Shown: positions 10,441 through 21,065 of the stretch, one piece after another
Layout: each line of letters starts with the position of its first letter
Numbering within the stretch: the stretch's first letter is position 1
Source: an uncultured Chloroflexia bacterium
Lineage (GTDB): Bacteria > Chloroflexota > UBA6077 > JACCZL01
Direction of reading: 5' to 3'
NCBI GenBank assembly: GCA_963765765.1
Contig: CAVXYC010000020.1
Location: 736,001-800,000 of the forward strand
Length of the DNA: 64,000 nt
Notes under the pieces: model-generated
Database searches by the model: none
Seen by the model: only the letters and a program-made list of their open reading frames with translations
What the model was told of the DNA's origin: nothing
Made by a program: the position numbers and the translations under genes

Positions 10441-10548
10441 GCACTTTGGATTGCGGCGGTCCTCGCCGCTCTCTACCAGCGCGGAGCGAGTCCGCCATCG
10501 GCTTCAGTCGCGCGAGAAAGCGGCGAAGACTGCCGCAGTCCAAAGTGC
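10441..10548. repeat. Palindromic repeat family A
   Basis: GCACTTTGGATTGCGGCGGTCCTCGCCGCT ... AGCGGCGAAGACTGCCGCAGTCCAAAGTGC. Confidence 0.85.
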
Positions 10549-12317
10549 TAGCGGGGCGTCAGCGCCTTCTCGTCTCGCTCGCGGCGCAGCTTCTCGACGA
10601 TTTCGGTGAGCGGCATTGCGCCCAGGTCGCTGCCGCCGCGGACTCGGACAGCCGCTGCTCTTGCTTCCGCTTCACGGTCGCCAACCACGAGCATGTAGGG
10701 AACTTTCTTGAGCTGCGCGTCGCGGATCTTCGCCTGCATGCGCTCATTTCTCGAATCCACGTCGACTCGCAGTTTGGCCCTACGGAGCCCAGTTGCCACT
10801 TCGTTCGCATAGCTTACGTGTCGGTCGGCGATGGGGATCACGCGCACCTGCACGGGCGAGAGCCACAAAGGAAAGCTGCCCTCGTATTCCTCGATGAGAA
10901 GCGCCACCATGCGCTCCATTGTCGAGATCACACCGCGGTGGACGATGATCGGCTGGTGACGGGCTCCGTCGTCACCTACGTACTCCAGATTGAATTGGTT
11001 CGGTAGGTGGAAGTCGACCTGGACGGTCACTAACGTCTCATCCTTACCTGCCGCTGTGCGGAACTCAACGTCGATCTTAGGTCCGTAGAACGCCGCCTCG
11101 CCCTTCGCTTCATGGAATGGCAACCCCACTCGTGTCAGGACATTTCGAAGGAGGGATTCACCCTTCTCCCACATCGCTGGATTGTCTACGTACTTCTCTT
11201 TGTCGTCTGGATCGCCGAGTGATAGTCGGTACTTGTAGTTCTTGAGACCCAGAACGGAATAGGCCTCCTCCATGAGATGCAGGACGTTTTCCACCTCCTG
11301 CTCCACCTGCTCGGTATCGGCACAGAAGATGTGCGCGTCGTTCAGCGACATGATGCGCACGCGGCTCATTCCAGTGAGTTGGCCGGATTTCTCCCAGCGA
11401 TGCATGTCGCCAATCTCAGCAATCCGATAGGGCAGCTCACGGTAGGAGTGTTGGCCCGAAGCGAAGAGCATGATGTGGTGTGGACAGTTCATGGGGCGCA
11501 GAACGTACTCTTCGCCCTCACGCTCCATGACCGGGTACATGGCATCCTGGTAGTGATCCCAGTGGCCGGAGATCTTGTAGAGATCCGATTTCGCCACGAC
11601 GGGGGTATGCACGTGCTGATACCCGTGATCCAGCTCGAGATCAACGATCCAACGCTCGAGCTCTCGACGAATGGTGGCGCCGGCCGGGAGCCAGACGACG
11701 TGGCCCGGGCCAACCTCGTCGTAGATCGCGAAGAGGTCGAGCTCACGACCGATTCGACGGTGGTCTCGGCGTCGAGCCTCCTCTAGGAGGCGTTCATGTT
11801 CGGCCAGCTCCTCAGGCGTCTCGAATAGCGCTCCGTATACCCGTTGGAGTTGCGGATTTTTTTCACTTCCGCGCCAGTAAGCACCCGCGATCGACATCAG
11901 CTTGAAGGCGCCAAGCTGACCCGTGTGCTCCGCATGGCCTCCACGACACAGATCGGTGAAGCTAGCATGCGTACACTGGGTCACATTGCCCTCTTCGAGG
12001 TCCGCAAGTAGCTCGAGCTTGAAGGGTTGGTTCTTCCAACGTTCCTCAGCTTCCGCCTTTGTCAGTGATGACATGACAAAGGGGTATCGGCCCTCAACTG
12101 TCTTAAGCATCCGTGCTTCCAGCCAAACGAGGTCTTCCTGGGTCAGTGGGCGTGGAAGTCGAAAATCGTAGTAAAAGCCGTCCTCGATGGGCGGGCCGAT
12201 GCCAAGCTCCGCCTCGGGCATCAATTCGACCATGGCCTCGGCGAGAACGTGCGCGGCCGAATGGCGCATCCGGTTTAGGCGTTCTTCTTTGGGAAGTATG
12301 GAAAGCTCGTCAGACAA
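10548..12317 (-). CDS. thrS: Threonine--tRNA ligase (short form lacking the TGS domain); probable TTG start at 12317
   Basis: RHSAAHVLA, IGPPIEDGFYYDF, DLCRGGH, RDHRRIG, LRPMNCPHH, GEAAFYGPKID; GGAGG SD at 12326-12330. Confidence 0.95.
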   Translation of the reverse strand: MSDELSILPKEERLNRMRHSAAHVLAEAMVELMPEAELGIGPPIEDGFYYDFRLPRPLTQEDLVWLEARMLKTVEGRYPFVMSSLTKAEAEERWKNQPFKLELLADLEEGNVTQCTHASFTDLCRGGHAEHTGQLGAFKLMSIAGAYWRGSEKNPQLQRVYGALFETPEELAEHERLLEEARRRDHRRIGRELDLFAIYDEVGPGHVVWLPAGATIRRELERWIVDLELDHGYQHVHTPVVAKSDLYKISGHWDHYQDAMYPVMEREGEEYVLRPMNCPHHIMLFASGQHSYRELPYRIAEIGDMHRWEKSGQLTGMSRVRIMSLNDAHIFCADTEQVEQEVENVLHLMEEAYSVLGLKNYKYRLSLGDPDDKEKYVDNPAMWEKGESLLRNVLTRVGLPFHEAKGEAAFYGPKIDVEFRTAAGKDETLVTVQVDFHLPNQFNLEYVGDDGARHQPIIVHRGVISTMERMVALLIEEYEGSFPLWLSPVQVRVIPIADRHVSYANEVATGLRRAKLRVDVDSRNERMQAKIRDAQLKKVPYMLVVGDREAEARAAAVRVRGGSDLGAMPLTEIVEKLRRERDEKALTPR

Positions 12318-12323
12318 GGGGCA

Positions 12324-12560
12324 GTCCTCCACGGAAATTTGCGAGAACGCAGGGACAGCCTCGCGGGCCGTGGTCCCACCCTGCTTCTCCGCCACCGGGA
12401 CGGACTCGTTCTGGCCGTTAACGAGGCCAACCGTGCACGCCTAGCGCCGAAGCGATTGGGTGCAGGCTCGCGGGTGGTATTCCCCTGTGGTTCGCGCCGC
12501 TCTCAGCCTGTGGCGAACGCTCTCTGGCAGGTGGACAGGGTACTCGTCCCGGTCGTCGCC
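12324..12560 (-). ncRNA. T-box riboswitch (Thr, ACC specifier) upstream of thrS
   Basis: Minus strand shows AGTA bulge, AGAGAG box, GGCTGAGA box, GAA-T-ACC-A specifier loop, CGTTAAC F-box, T-box AAGCAGGGTGGGACCACGG and 3' arm GTCCCTGC. Confidence 0.88.
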
Positions 12561-12741
12561 GTATGTTCAATTCCTACCTCTATACTACGGTGGGATTGAT
12601 CGAGATGACACCCCAACGGGTGTAGTGAGCGTTTCGGTGGACCGGATGCCCCGGCGCATGGTATTCTTCCGCTACGCACTCGTGGGCGGCCTTGTCGGCT
12701 GTCCTTCTTTGTCCTCTCCTACTCTAGCTGGATTGTGATTC

Positions 12742-12939
12742 ATGCCTAAGCTGAAGACGCACCAGGCGACGGCCAGGCGATTTAGCGTGTCGGGCTCTGG
12801 GAAGCTCCTGCGCACTCGCCACGGCAAAAGCCACCTGCGACGCAACCGATCAAAGCGCGCGCGACGCGAATACGATGAGATGATGTCGGTGTCGCCGGCA
12901 GACGAGAAGCGCATTCGGCGACTTCTTCCTTACGCCTAG
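12742..12939 (+). CDS. rpmI: 50S ribosomal protein L35
   Basis: MPKLKTH..RRF.V.GSGKL..HL..RLLPY. Confidence 0.97.
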   Translation: MPKLKTHQATARRFSVSGSGKLLRTRHGKSHLRRNRSKRARREYDEMMSVSPADEKRIRRLLPYA

Positions 12940-12951
12940 GAGCGCTGCACA

Positions 12952-13317
12952 ATGACTCGAGTCAAGCGCGGCGTTACGGCGCACGCACGACACAAGAAGA
13001 CGCTGACTCAGGCCAAGGGCTACTTCCACGGTCGGCGAAAGCTCCACAAGACGGCCAACGAGACCGTCATGAAGGCGCTTTCGTATGCGTATCGCCATCG
13101 CCGCACCCGAAAACGCGACTTCCATCGGCTATGGATCATGCGCATCAACGCGGCGGCGCGGCTGGAAGGCATCTCCTATAGCCAGTTGATGTTTGCCCTG
13201 AAGACGGCCGGGATCGAGATGGACCGGAAAGTGCTTGCGGACCTCGCCGTCCAGGACGCAGATGGCTTTAAGGCCATAGTGAATCAAGCTCGGGCGGCAC
13301 TGCCAGCAAGCGCGTAG
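12952..13317 (+). CDS. rplT: 50S ribosomal protein L20
   Basis: [39 protein letters not shown]. Confidence 0.97.
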   Translation: MTRVKRGVTAHARHKKTLTQAKGYFHGRRKLHKTANETVMKALSYAYRHRRTRKRDFHRLWIMRINAAARLEGISYSQLMFALKTAGIEMDRKVLADLAVQDADGFKAIVNQARAALPASA

Positions 13318-13339
13318 ACTCGATTGTGCTGATCGCAAT

Positions 13340-13367
13340 GCCGCCCACAGTGTGGGCGGCGTTTTTT
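13340..13367 (+). terminator. Intrinsic terminator after rplT
   Basis: GCCGCCCAC-AGT-GTGGGCGGC followed by GTTTTTT. Confidence 0.8.
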
Positions 13368-13397
13368 GTCTCTGGAGTATTTGAGTAACTCAAAACA

Positions 13398-14438
13398 ATG
13401 ACGAACGATCTCATCACTCGCCTGGAATCGATCCTCAGCGAAGCCACAACCGAGCTCGAGAAGGTTCAGGATCTGGAGAGTCTCGAACGCTGGCGCCTGA
13501 CTTACCTGGGTCGGAACGCTCCAGTTGCTGATGTGCTCAAGGGTCTGGGCTCCCTACCATCGGACGAGCGACGGCCAACCGGACAGCGAGCGAATGAGGT
13601 CAAACAGACGCTGGAGTCCGCACTCGAGGCACGGCGTGAATCACTTAAATCGTCCGAGTGGGAACGCGCGCTAGAGCGAGACCGAGTCGACGTCACCTTG
13701 CCAGGGAGACCCGCCGGTTTAGGCGGTTTGCATCCAACGACACTCATTCTCCAGCAAATCTCCGAGATCTTCACCGGCATGGGGTATCAAATTGTCGAAG
13801 GTCCGGAGGTGGAGCGTGATTACTACAACTTCGAGGCGCTAAATATTCCGCCCGACCATCCCGCGCGGGATATGTGGGACACGTTCTATATCTCCCCGCC
13901 GGAAGTGCTTCTTCGGACGCACACCTCACCGATGCAAGTACGGACGATGGAGCAGGCTAGTGGACAGCCCGTGCGCGTCATCGTTCCGGGTCGCTGTTAC
14001 CGGTACGAAGCCCAGGACGCCTCGCACGAGTGGATGTTCTACCAGGTGGAAGGTCTGGCCGTTGCAGAAGGCTTGACAATGGCCGACCTTAAAGGCACGC
14101 TGGGGGCCTTTGTGCGACAGCTCTTCGGCCGCGACCTTCAGATTCGCTTTCGATGCGATTACTTCCCCTTTGTTGAGCCGGGCGTGGATATGTCGATCTC
14201 CTGCCACGTATGTGGCGGGAGCGGCTGCCGGGTCTGTAAGGGCGGCGGTTGGATCGAGATCATGGGCGCCGGCATGGTCCATCCGCGCGTGCTGGAAATG
14301 GCTGGCTACGATCCGGACCGATACAGTGGGTTCGCATTCGGCATGGGGCCAGAGCGCATCGCGATGATCAAATACGGAATTCCCGACATTCGTTTGTTCT
14401 ACGGCAATGACCTGCGATTCCTGCAACAGTTCAATTAG
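13398..14438 (+). CDS. pheS: Phenylalanine--tRNA ligase alpha subunit
   Basis: NFEALNIPPDHPARDMWDTFY, LLRTHTSP, YFPFVEP, GFAFGMGPER. Confidence 0.97.
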   Translation: MTNDLITRLESILSEATTELEKVQDLESLERWRLTYLGRNAPVADVLKGLGSLPSDERRPTGQRANEVKQTLESALEARRESLKSSEWERALERDRVDVTLPGRPAGLGGLHPTTLILQQISEIFTGMGYQIVEGPEVERDYYNFEALNIPPDHPARDMWDTFYISPPEVLLRTHTSPMQVRTMEQASGQPVRVIVPGRCYRYEAQDASHEWMFYQVEGLAVAEGLTMADLKGTLGAFVRQLFGRDLQIRFRCDYFPFVEPGVDMSISCHVCGGSGCRVCKGGGWIEIMGAGMVHPRVLEMAGYDPDRYSGFAFGMGPERIAMIKYGIPDIRLFYGNDLRFLQQFN

Positions 14439-14512
14439 ATGGACGGTAACGCAGTGATCACTTCGTCGCGGTCGTCGCACATCCCGAGTTTCGATGTCAT
14501 GCCCGTTGTCGG

Positions 14513-14602
14513 TGTCATCCTGAGCCCGCGGGCGAAGGATCTTCCCGCCGGCAACGTGGACACCGGCGGGAAAGATCCTTCGCCCGCGGGCTCAGGATGA
14601 CA
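14513..14602. repeat. Palindromic REP-like element (TGTCATCCTGAG family) between pheS and pheT
   Basis: TGTCATCCTGAGCCCGCGGGCGAAGGATCTT ... AAGATCCTTCGCCCGCGGGCTCAGGATGACA, perfect ~31-bp arms. Confidence 0.9.
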
Positions 14603-14676
14603 TGGCTTCCGCTGCTTGGGCTCAGAGACCAGCATCGGTCTAACCGAGAGCAATTTGGCTCCGCAGAGAGTTATCA

Positions 14677-17089
14677 ATGAAATTTCCGCTTTCCTGGCTT
14701 CGCGAATTCGTAGCTGCGGACCTCCCGGCGGCGGAGCTTGCTCACCGGTTGACGATGGCCGGCATCGAGACCGAGGTCGCCGAACGAGTCGGTGAAGACT
14801 GGAGCCGCGTCTTCGTGGGTCAGGTCGTAGATCTGAGCAAGCACGAGCGTGCCAACAATCTCTCGCTGGCCCACGTGCAAGGGCCGGACGGCGTGGTGAC
14901 GATTGTGACCGCGGCGACAAACCTGGCCGTCGGCGCAAAAGTTCCGCTCATCCTCGCCGGTGGCGCACTGGGTGAGAACACGATCGAGCGCCGTACGTTC
15001 ATGGGCATCACGTCGGACGGCATGGTCTGCTCTGGCGACGAGCTCGGCATCTCGCCTGATAAGTCAGGTATTTACATCCTCGAGGACGACGCTCCCGTTG
15101 GCCAGGAGCTTGCTAAGTACATCGACGACGTAGTTCTCGAGGCGTTTGTAACCCCCAACCGCCCTGATTGCCTTTCGGTATACGGCGTCGCTCGCGAGGT
15201 CAGCGCCATTACCGGTGCGCCCCTGCTGCCGATCCAGTTCGACCGGCCTGCGATCCAACACGAGGAGTCGGCGTACCCGCTTGATGTTCAGGCACCTGAT
15301 CTGGCGCCGCGGTACACGCTGGCCATGGTTTCAGGATTGAGCGTCGAAAACCTCGCCGGCATGGCTGCAACGTCGACTGCATTTCAGTGGCGTCCGACCG
15401 ATTAGCAACGTCGTGGATATCACGAACTATGTCATGTTGGAGGTGGGTCAACCGATTCACGCATTCGACCGAGACAAACTCATTGGGGGCGTCGTCGTTC
15501 GACGCGGCGAATCCCGGCGAGCATATGGCGACGCTCGATGGCATCGATCGCGAGCTGACAACGGAGATGCTCGTCATTGCCGATCATGAGAAGGCGGTGG
15601 GCATTGCAGGAGTGATGGGTGGGTTGACGTCCGAAGTCTCCGATGAAACAACGCGCCTCGCGCTCGAGTCAGCCACGTTCGATCAACGCAATATCCGCCG
15701 AACGGCTCGTGATCTGCGCCCTCAGCACGGAAGCCTCCCGCCGATTCGAGCGAGGTATGGATCCTGCTCTGGCACCACTTGCGTCCGATCGAGCAGTCCA
15801 GCTCCTTGGCGAGCTCGCCAGCGGCTATCCCGTCAATGCCATTCAGGACGTCTATGCCACACCAGAGCAGCCGGTGGTGATTCATACATCGATTCACCAC
15901 ATCAGTAGCGTGATGGGGCGTGATTACTCGAGTCATGAGACCGTTGGAACCCTGGAATCACTCGGATTCAGTGTGACGGATGGCGATGGATCGCTCACCG
16001 TGACCGTACCTTCGCATCGGCGCGATATCACCGGGCAACACGATGTCGTGGAGGAAGTCGCGCGGATCACCGGCTATGACTCCATTCCCGAGACGCTCCC
16101 TACCGGAAGCATGCCAGCACTGCGCCGCGATACTGAACGCCGCGTACAGCAGCTACTGAAATCGGTCCTGGTGGGCGCGGGATTACAGGAGATCATCTCC
16201 TACTCACTGGTGGATCCAACCTCCGAGCGGCAGGCGGATGCCGCTGCCTCGTGGCCGGCGGACCTTTCTACGTCATCGCTGATTCGTGTTTGGAACCCCA
16301 TGACCGCGGACCGAAGTGCGCTCCGTCAATCTTTGATTCCGAGCATGCTCCAGACGATCTGGGAAAACTTACGTCACCAGGATCGGGTCGCACTCTTCGA
16401 GATCGCGAAAGTCTACCTGCCCAGTGATGACATACTTCCCAAAGAGCCGATCCGACTTAGCCTGGCTCTGAGCGGAAAGCGTTATCCGCCATCCTGGACA
16501 CTTCAAGATTGCGACGTCGATTTCTTCGATCTCAAGGGCTGCATTGAGGCCATCGGACGTGCGCTGCATGTGACCTTTGATTACCAGAGCCTGCGCCCAC
16601 AATAGCTATCACCCCGGCCGATGTGCTCAAGTGGTGTATCGTGCCGCCGACGGAACCGAGCGCGTAGTCGGGACAATGGGTCAGATCCATCCTATGGTGG
16701 CCGAACGGTTCGACCTGGCTCATGAGGTCTACGCGGCCGAGCTAGATATCCAAGCCCTGTGCGAGGCCGCTCAGGACATTCCTCGCATTGTGGCTCCGCC
16801 ACGTTTTCCCGGCGTGGAGCTTGACCTGGCAATCGTCGTGGACGACCAGGTACCTGAGCATGACATCGAGCAGGTCATGCTCAGTGCCGGAGGCGATCTT
16901 CTCGCGAGCATCCGACTCTTCGACATTTACCGAGGAGCTCCGGTGCCTGAAGGATCGAAGAGCCTGGCATTTTCGCTCACCATCCGCGCAGATGACCGAA
17001 CCCTCACTGACGATGAGGCGACGTCCGTTCGGGCCGAGATCGAATCGCGCCTTGGCGTCGCCTTCAACGCGCAAATCCGCGGTCGATGA
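14677..17089 (+). CDS. pheT: Phenylalanine--tRNA ligase beta subunit (frameshifts near 15345, 15720, 16595)
   Basis: [29 protein letters not shown]-like [26 protein letters not shown] spread over four consecutive ORFs. Confidence 0.93.
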
Positions 17090-19471
17090 CACTTCCAGTT
17101 GGCCTTGACCAGCAAGAGCGACCCTATGACACTCGGACGCTCGAGCTACCCAAAGTGCTGGAGATGCTTGCTAGCCACACTAGCTTTGCCTCGGGACGAG
17201 AGCTGGCCCTTAGCCTGGAGCCGTCTGACGAGGCCGACGAGGTTCGCCGGCGACTGAAGGAGACCAGCGAAGCGCGCGAGCTGCTCACCCTCCAGCCGAG
17301 CCTTACGATGGGCGGCGCTCGAGACGTGCGCGCTCACATCGACCGCGCACAGCTCGGTGGCTTACTTCAGCCGCATGAGCTGCTGGACATCCACGCCACG
17401 GTGCGGGTCGGTCGTCAGTGGCGCTCTGCATTTTCGCGACTGAGAGAGAAACTGCCGACTCTGGCGAGACACACAGATCGCATTCGCGGCAACGACTCGC
17501 TTACCGTAGCAATCGAATCCGCAATAGATGATTCTGGCGAGATTGCCGACCGCGCCAGCACGAAGCTCCGCGAGCTGCGCACTCAGAAGCGCGTGGCACA
17601 AGACCGATTGATGACACGCCTCCAGGCAATGATCGCGAACGCCGACATTCGCGAAGCGCTGCAAGACGGGATCGTGACTCAACGCAACGGTCGCTACGTT
17701 CTACCGGTGCGCTCTGACATGCGCACCCGCGTGCGAGGCATCGTGCACGATCAATCGTCGACGGGAGCCACGGTCTTCATCGAGCCACTTGACCTTGTGG
17801 ACATTGGCAACCGTGTTCGCGAGCTTGATCTGGAAGAGCGAGACGAGGTGGAGCGCATCCTGCGCGAGCTCAGTGTGGCCGTAGCCGCCGCCCGGCCCGA
17901 TCTCCTTGTCACGCTGGAGATGCTTGCCAACCTGGATCTCGGCCCGGGCGAAAGCTCTTCTAGCGGAAGGCATGCTGGCTCGTGGAGCCCGGCATCAATG
18001 ACACCGGTCGCACCGGCCAGCGTTGGTGCTGCGGGACGCTCGACACCCTCTGCTCGGTGAGCGAGCGGTGCCCAGCACCATCGAGCTCGGCCGTGATTTT
18101 GACGTGCTGCTCATCACCGGACCCAATACTGGTGGGAAAACCGTGGCGCTCAAGACGGTCGGGCTGCTCACGCTGATGGGCCAGTGCGGCATGCATCTGC
18201 CGACGGACGAGGGTTCGTTTATCCCGGTGTTCAGGCGGGTCTTCGCTGACATTGGAGATGAGCAGAGCATCGAACAGAGTCTCTCAACGTTTTCGGGCCA
18301 TGTGGCCAACATTGTGAGGATGGTCCGCAATCTCTCCGCGCCATCACTCATTCTCGTCGATGAGCTCGGCGCGGGCACGGACCCGCTCGAGGGGGCCGCG
18401 CTCGCGCGTGCGATCATCGATCGGCTTCAGTCGGCCCGGCATTCTGACCATTGCTACGAGTCATTACTCCGAGCTGAAGACCTTCGCTAATGAAACCCCG
18501 CGCGTGAGCAACGCCTCCGTTGAATTTGACGTAGAGACGCTTCGACCAACCTACCGGCTGCAGATCGGCCTGCCCGGTCAGAGCAACGCCCTCGCCATCG
18601 CCCGACGCCTCGGTATGCCTGCCGATATTCTTCAGGCTGCCGAGCAGAACGTCGGACGGAAGCACTCCGCATGGAAGAGCTCCTGGATGAGATACAGGAT
18701 GAGCGCCGATCCGCCGAATCTGAGCGCGCCGATGCCCAACGAGAACGAGACGCCGCCATCGCCGCCCTCCGTGAAGCACAGACGGCCCTCGCCGACGCGG
18801 AGCGGGAGCGCACGGATGTGTTCGAGAGAGCGGCCGCCGAGGCGCAACGTGAGCTGGAAGCGGCTCGGCGCGAGATCAACCGACTGCTGACCAGTGCTCG
18901 ACGAACCGGATCCCAGGCCGAGGAGATCGTGGAAGCCGCCGAGGAGCTCACCCGAGTTCCTACGCCTCAGGTGCCCCGTTCGACCCGTCCGACTCCACGC
19001 CCACCGGTCGAAGGACCTGCCTTGCGCGTTGGCGGCTCGGTGCGCGTGCGCACGCTCGGCGCAGTCGGAACCGTGCTCGGGCTGGACAATAACGGAAACG
19101 CCGAGGTTGAAGTGAGTGGCATGCGAGTGCGTACTCGCACGGCTGACCTCCAGCCGCTCTCTCGATCGGAGCGCAGTAACGAATCTGCTTCGGTCACCAT
19201 CCGCTCCGTGTCGACGCCAACAGCGGGCACCGAGCTTCATCTTCGTGGACTACGGGTGGACGAGGCACTCGAACAGCTCGATCGCTATCTGCATGACGCC
19301 GCTATGTCGGGAGTTCCACGAGCCCGGATCGTGCATGGAAAAGGAACTGGCGCTGTTCGCCGTGCCGTTTGGGATGCCCTCGCTAAACACCCACTGGTCA
19401 ACTCTTTTGAGCTTGCTACTGCTGAAGAGGGCGGTGCTGGTGTGACAGTAGTGGGGTTGGGACGAATCTAG
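17086..19471 (+). CDS. mutS2: Endonuclease MutS2 (several frameshifts, ~17945-18670)
   Basis: [55 protein letters not shown], Smr domain IVHGKGTG. Confidence 0.92.
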
Positions 19472-19542
19472 GCGGATTCGTTCACCGGTCGGTGCAATGC
19501 GGGCTGGACTGTGGGTAGCGAACGAAGCGCTGTTGCGTTGAT

Positions 19543-20433
19543 TCAGCTCGCCGGCGGAGCCTCTGGAGTCGAGGGAGCCCCGTTGAATAGGCCTGCTTCC
19601 AGTGCAATCTCGCCCGAGTTTGCCACGGTCACATCGTTCGCCTTGCCCCACGGGCCGTCAGTTTTCCACAGATGCAATGCTGTCCGCTGCGTTCGAATCG
19701 TTGTGACATGCTGATTCACGCTGACTGGAGCCGAGGTCGGCAATCCGAAGAGGGCCAGCGACTCGGGAGTCGACTTGAACTTGATCTCGAGCGGTTGACT
19801 CGTCCCCAGCAGTCCAAGTCGAGCGGATACAGGGTCTCCAGGCGCACCGAAATTCGCTGGTAATGGCTTGGGTATAAAAAAATTGCTCAGAAGCCACTCG
19901 TCACGCTCGGCGGCAGTGAGCTCGTCCATCACGTTGATCATGGTGATCGTTTCTGCGCCAGTCTGCTGGATGATGCCACGCTGGAATATCTGGGCTGGCG
20001 CGCCGCGCCACGTGAAACGCTGCGAGATCGGGTATCCGAGCTGCGTCTCACCACCGAGTCGGCGAAACTCCCGCAAGAACGGTACGCCGCCAGCATTGGA
20101 GACAAGAAATCCGGTGGGGCTCGTGAGGGATGGCTGACCGTTGGTCTCGGTGAAGAAGTGTCCGTCCTTCACGTCCCAGTTCGCCGCGGGCAGTCTAATC
20201 GGCGCGGCAATCGAGGGTGCAGCCACCTCAGTTCGAGTATTGGCGACCGCTGACGGCGCGCCTATCTGCTGCAGTACGGTGTCAAAGACTGGGCTGAAGA
20301 ACTGGAGAACGCTGGCCGGGCCGAACGCTATGGTCGCGATAACGAAAGGAACGAGCAGGATGATAACGAACATGAAGCCGGTCCCCGATTCGCCCCGGCT
20401 TCGAATGGAATACCCTGTGATATCCCGTTGCAT
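19543..20433 (-). CDS. Membrane-anchored surface protein with a Chloroflexota-type GYPIS motif
   Basis: N-terminal TM, then GHFFTETNG..F..EFRRLGG..LGYPISQRF..QIFQRGI..FGLPTS..RTQR..TVANSGE. Confidence 0.75.
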   Translation of the reverse strand: MQRDITGYSIRSRGESGTGFMFVIILLVPFVIATIAFGPASVLQFFSPVFDTVLQQIGAPSAVANTRTEVAAPSIAAPIRLPAANWDVKDGHFFTETNGQPSLTSPTGFLVSNAGGVPFLREFRRLGGETQLGYPISQRFTWRGAPAQIFQRGIIQQTGAETITMINVMDELTAAERDEWLLSNFFIPKPLPANFGAPGDPVSARLGLLGTSQPLEIKFKSTPESLALFGLPTSAPVSVNQHVTTIRTQRTALHLWKTDGPWGKANDVTVANSGEIALEAGLFNGAPSTPEAPPAS

Positions 20434-20613
20434 GAACTTCCACCCCGCGCGCCACGCAGTCTAACCCAAGAACAATACTCCGGTGGCGTCGATAGAGCAT
20501 GAATCGTGCCGATCCAGAAGAACATCGTTCGACGAGAAAGTCATTAGACTGGAAGCTATTGCCCCGCCGACGTTGCAATACTATGTCCAACGGAATGGAC
20601 TTGCCACGGGGCC

Positions 20614-20964
20614 TTAGTCTTTAGCGGGTGGTTCAGACGAAAGGTATCCACTGAACGTCCAAACGTCGCCACTGTGAAAGTACAGGCGCACCTGAGAGCG
20701 GCGCTCCTGTTTTGGCAGCCTGTCCCATGAGAGACGTTGGACCTCCTGGAGATTCACATCAAGCCAGATAGTCTCCATGTCCGTCACGGCTTCGGATCGA
20801 AACCGGAACATCGTGGCGCTGCGCTCATCCAACGTCCATTTGTCCGCGGAAAGGACTAATGAGCCGTCTGCGCCTCGGCGAATGAGATTCAGACGCGGGG
20901 TCCGCAGGAGCTCCGCGGCCGCGTCTGGCGTCAGCTCCGTCACGTCGTTCATCCGTATTTTCAT
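20614..20964 (-). CDS. Hypothetical protein
   Basis: ~116-aa ORF with coding-like composition filling the intergenic space. Confidence 0.55.
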   Translation of the reverse strand: MKIRMNDVTELTPDAAAELLRTPRLNLIRRGADGSLVLSADKWTLDERSATMFRFRSEAVTDMETIWLDVNLQEVQRLSWDRLPKQERRSQVRLYFHSGDVWTFSGYLSSEPPAKD

Positions 20965-21065
20965 ACTAGCACGGCTCCGCCTTTCGCCCCCGGTTAACCC
21001 CAAAAGTCCTGTGCTACACTCGGGAAGGATCATGCTTATTCAAGCCGAGCGCCCACGGCGAGATC

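Noticed and set aside
12318-12395. 26-aa N-terminal extension of ThrS in the ORF track
   Set aside because: It is the translated T-box antiterminator and SD region
14677-19471. Programmed frameshifting or pseudogenisation of pheT and mutS2
   Set aside because: No consistent slippery sites noticed; indels are scattered across the window and pheT is essential, so sequencing error is more likely
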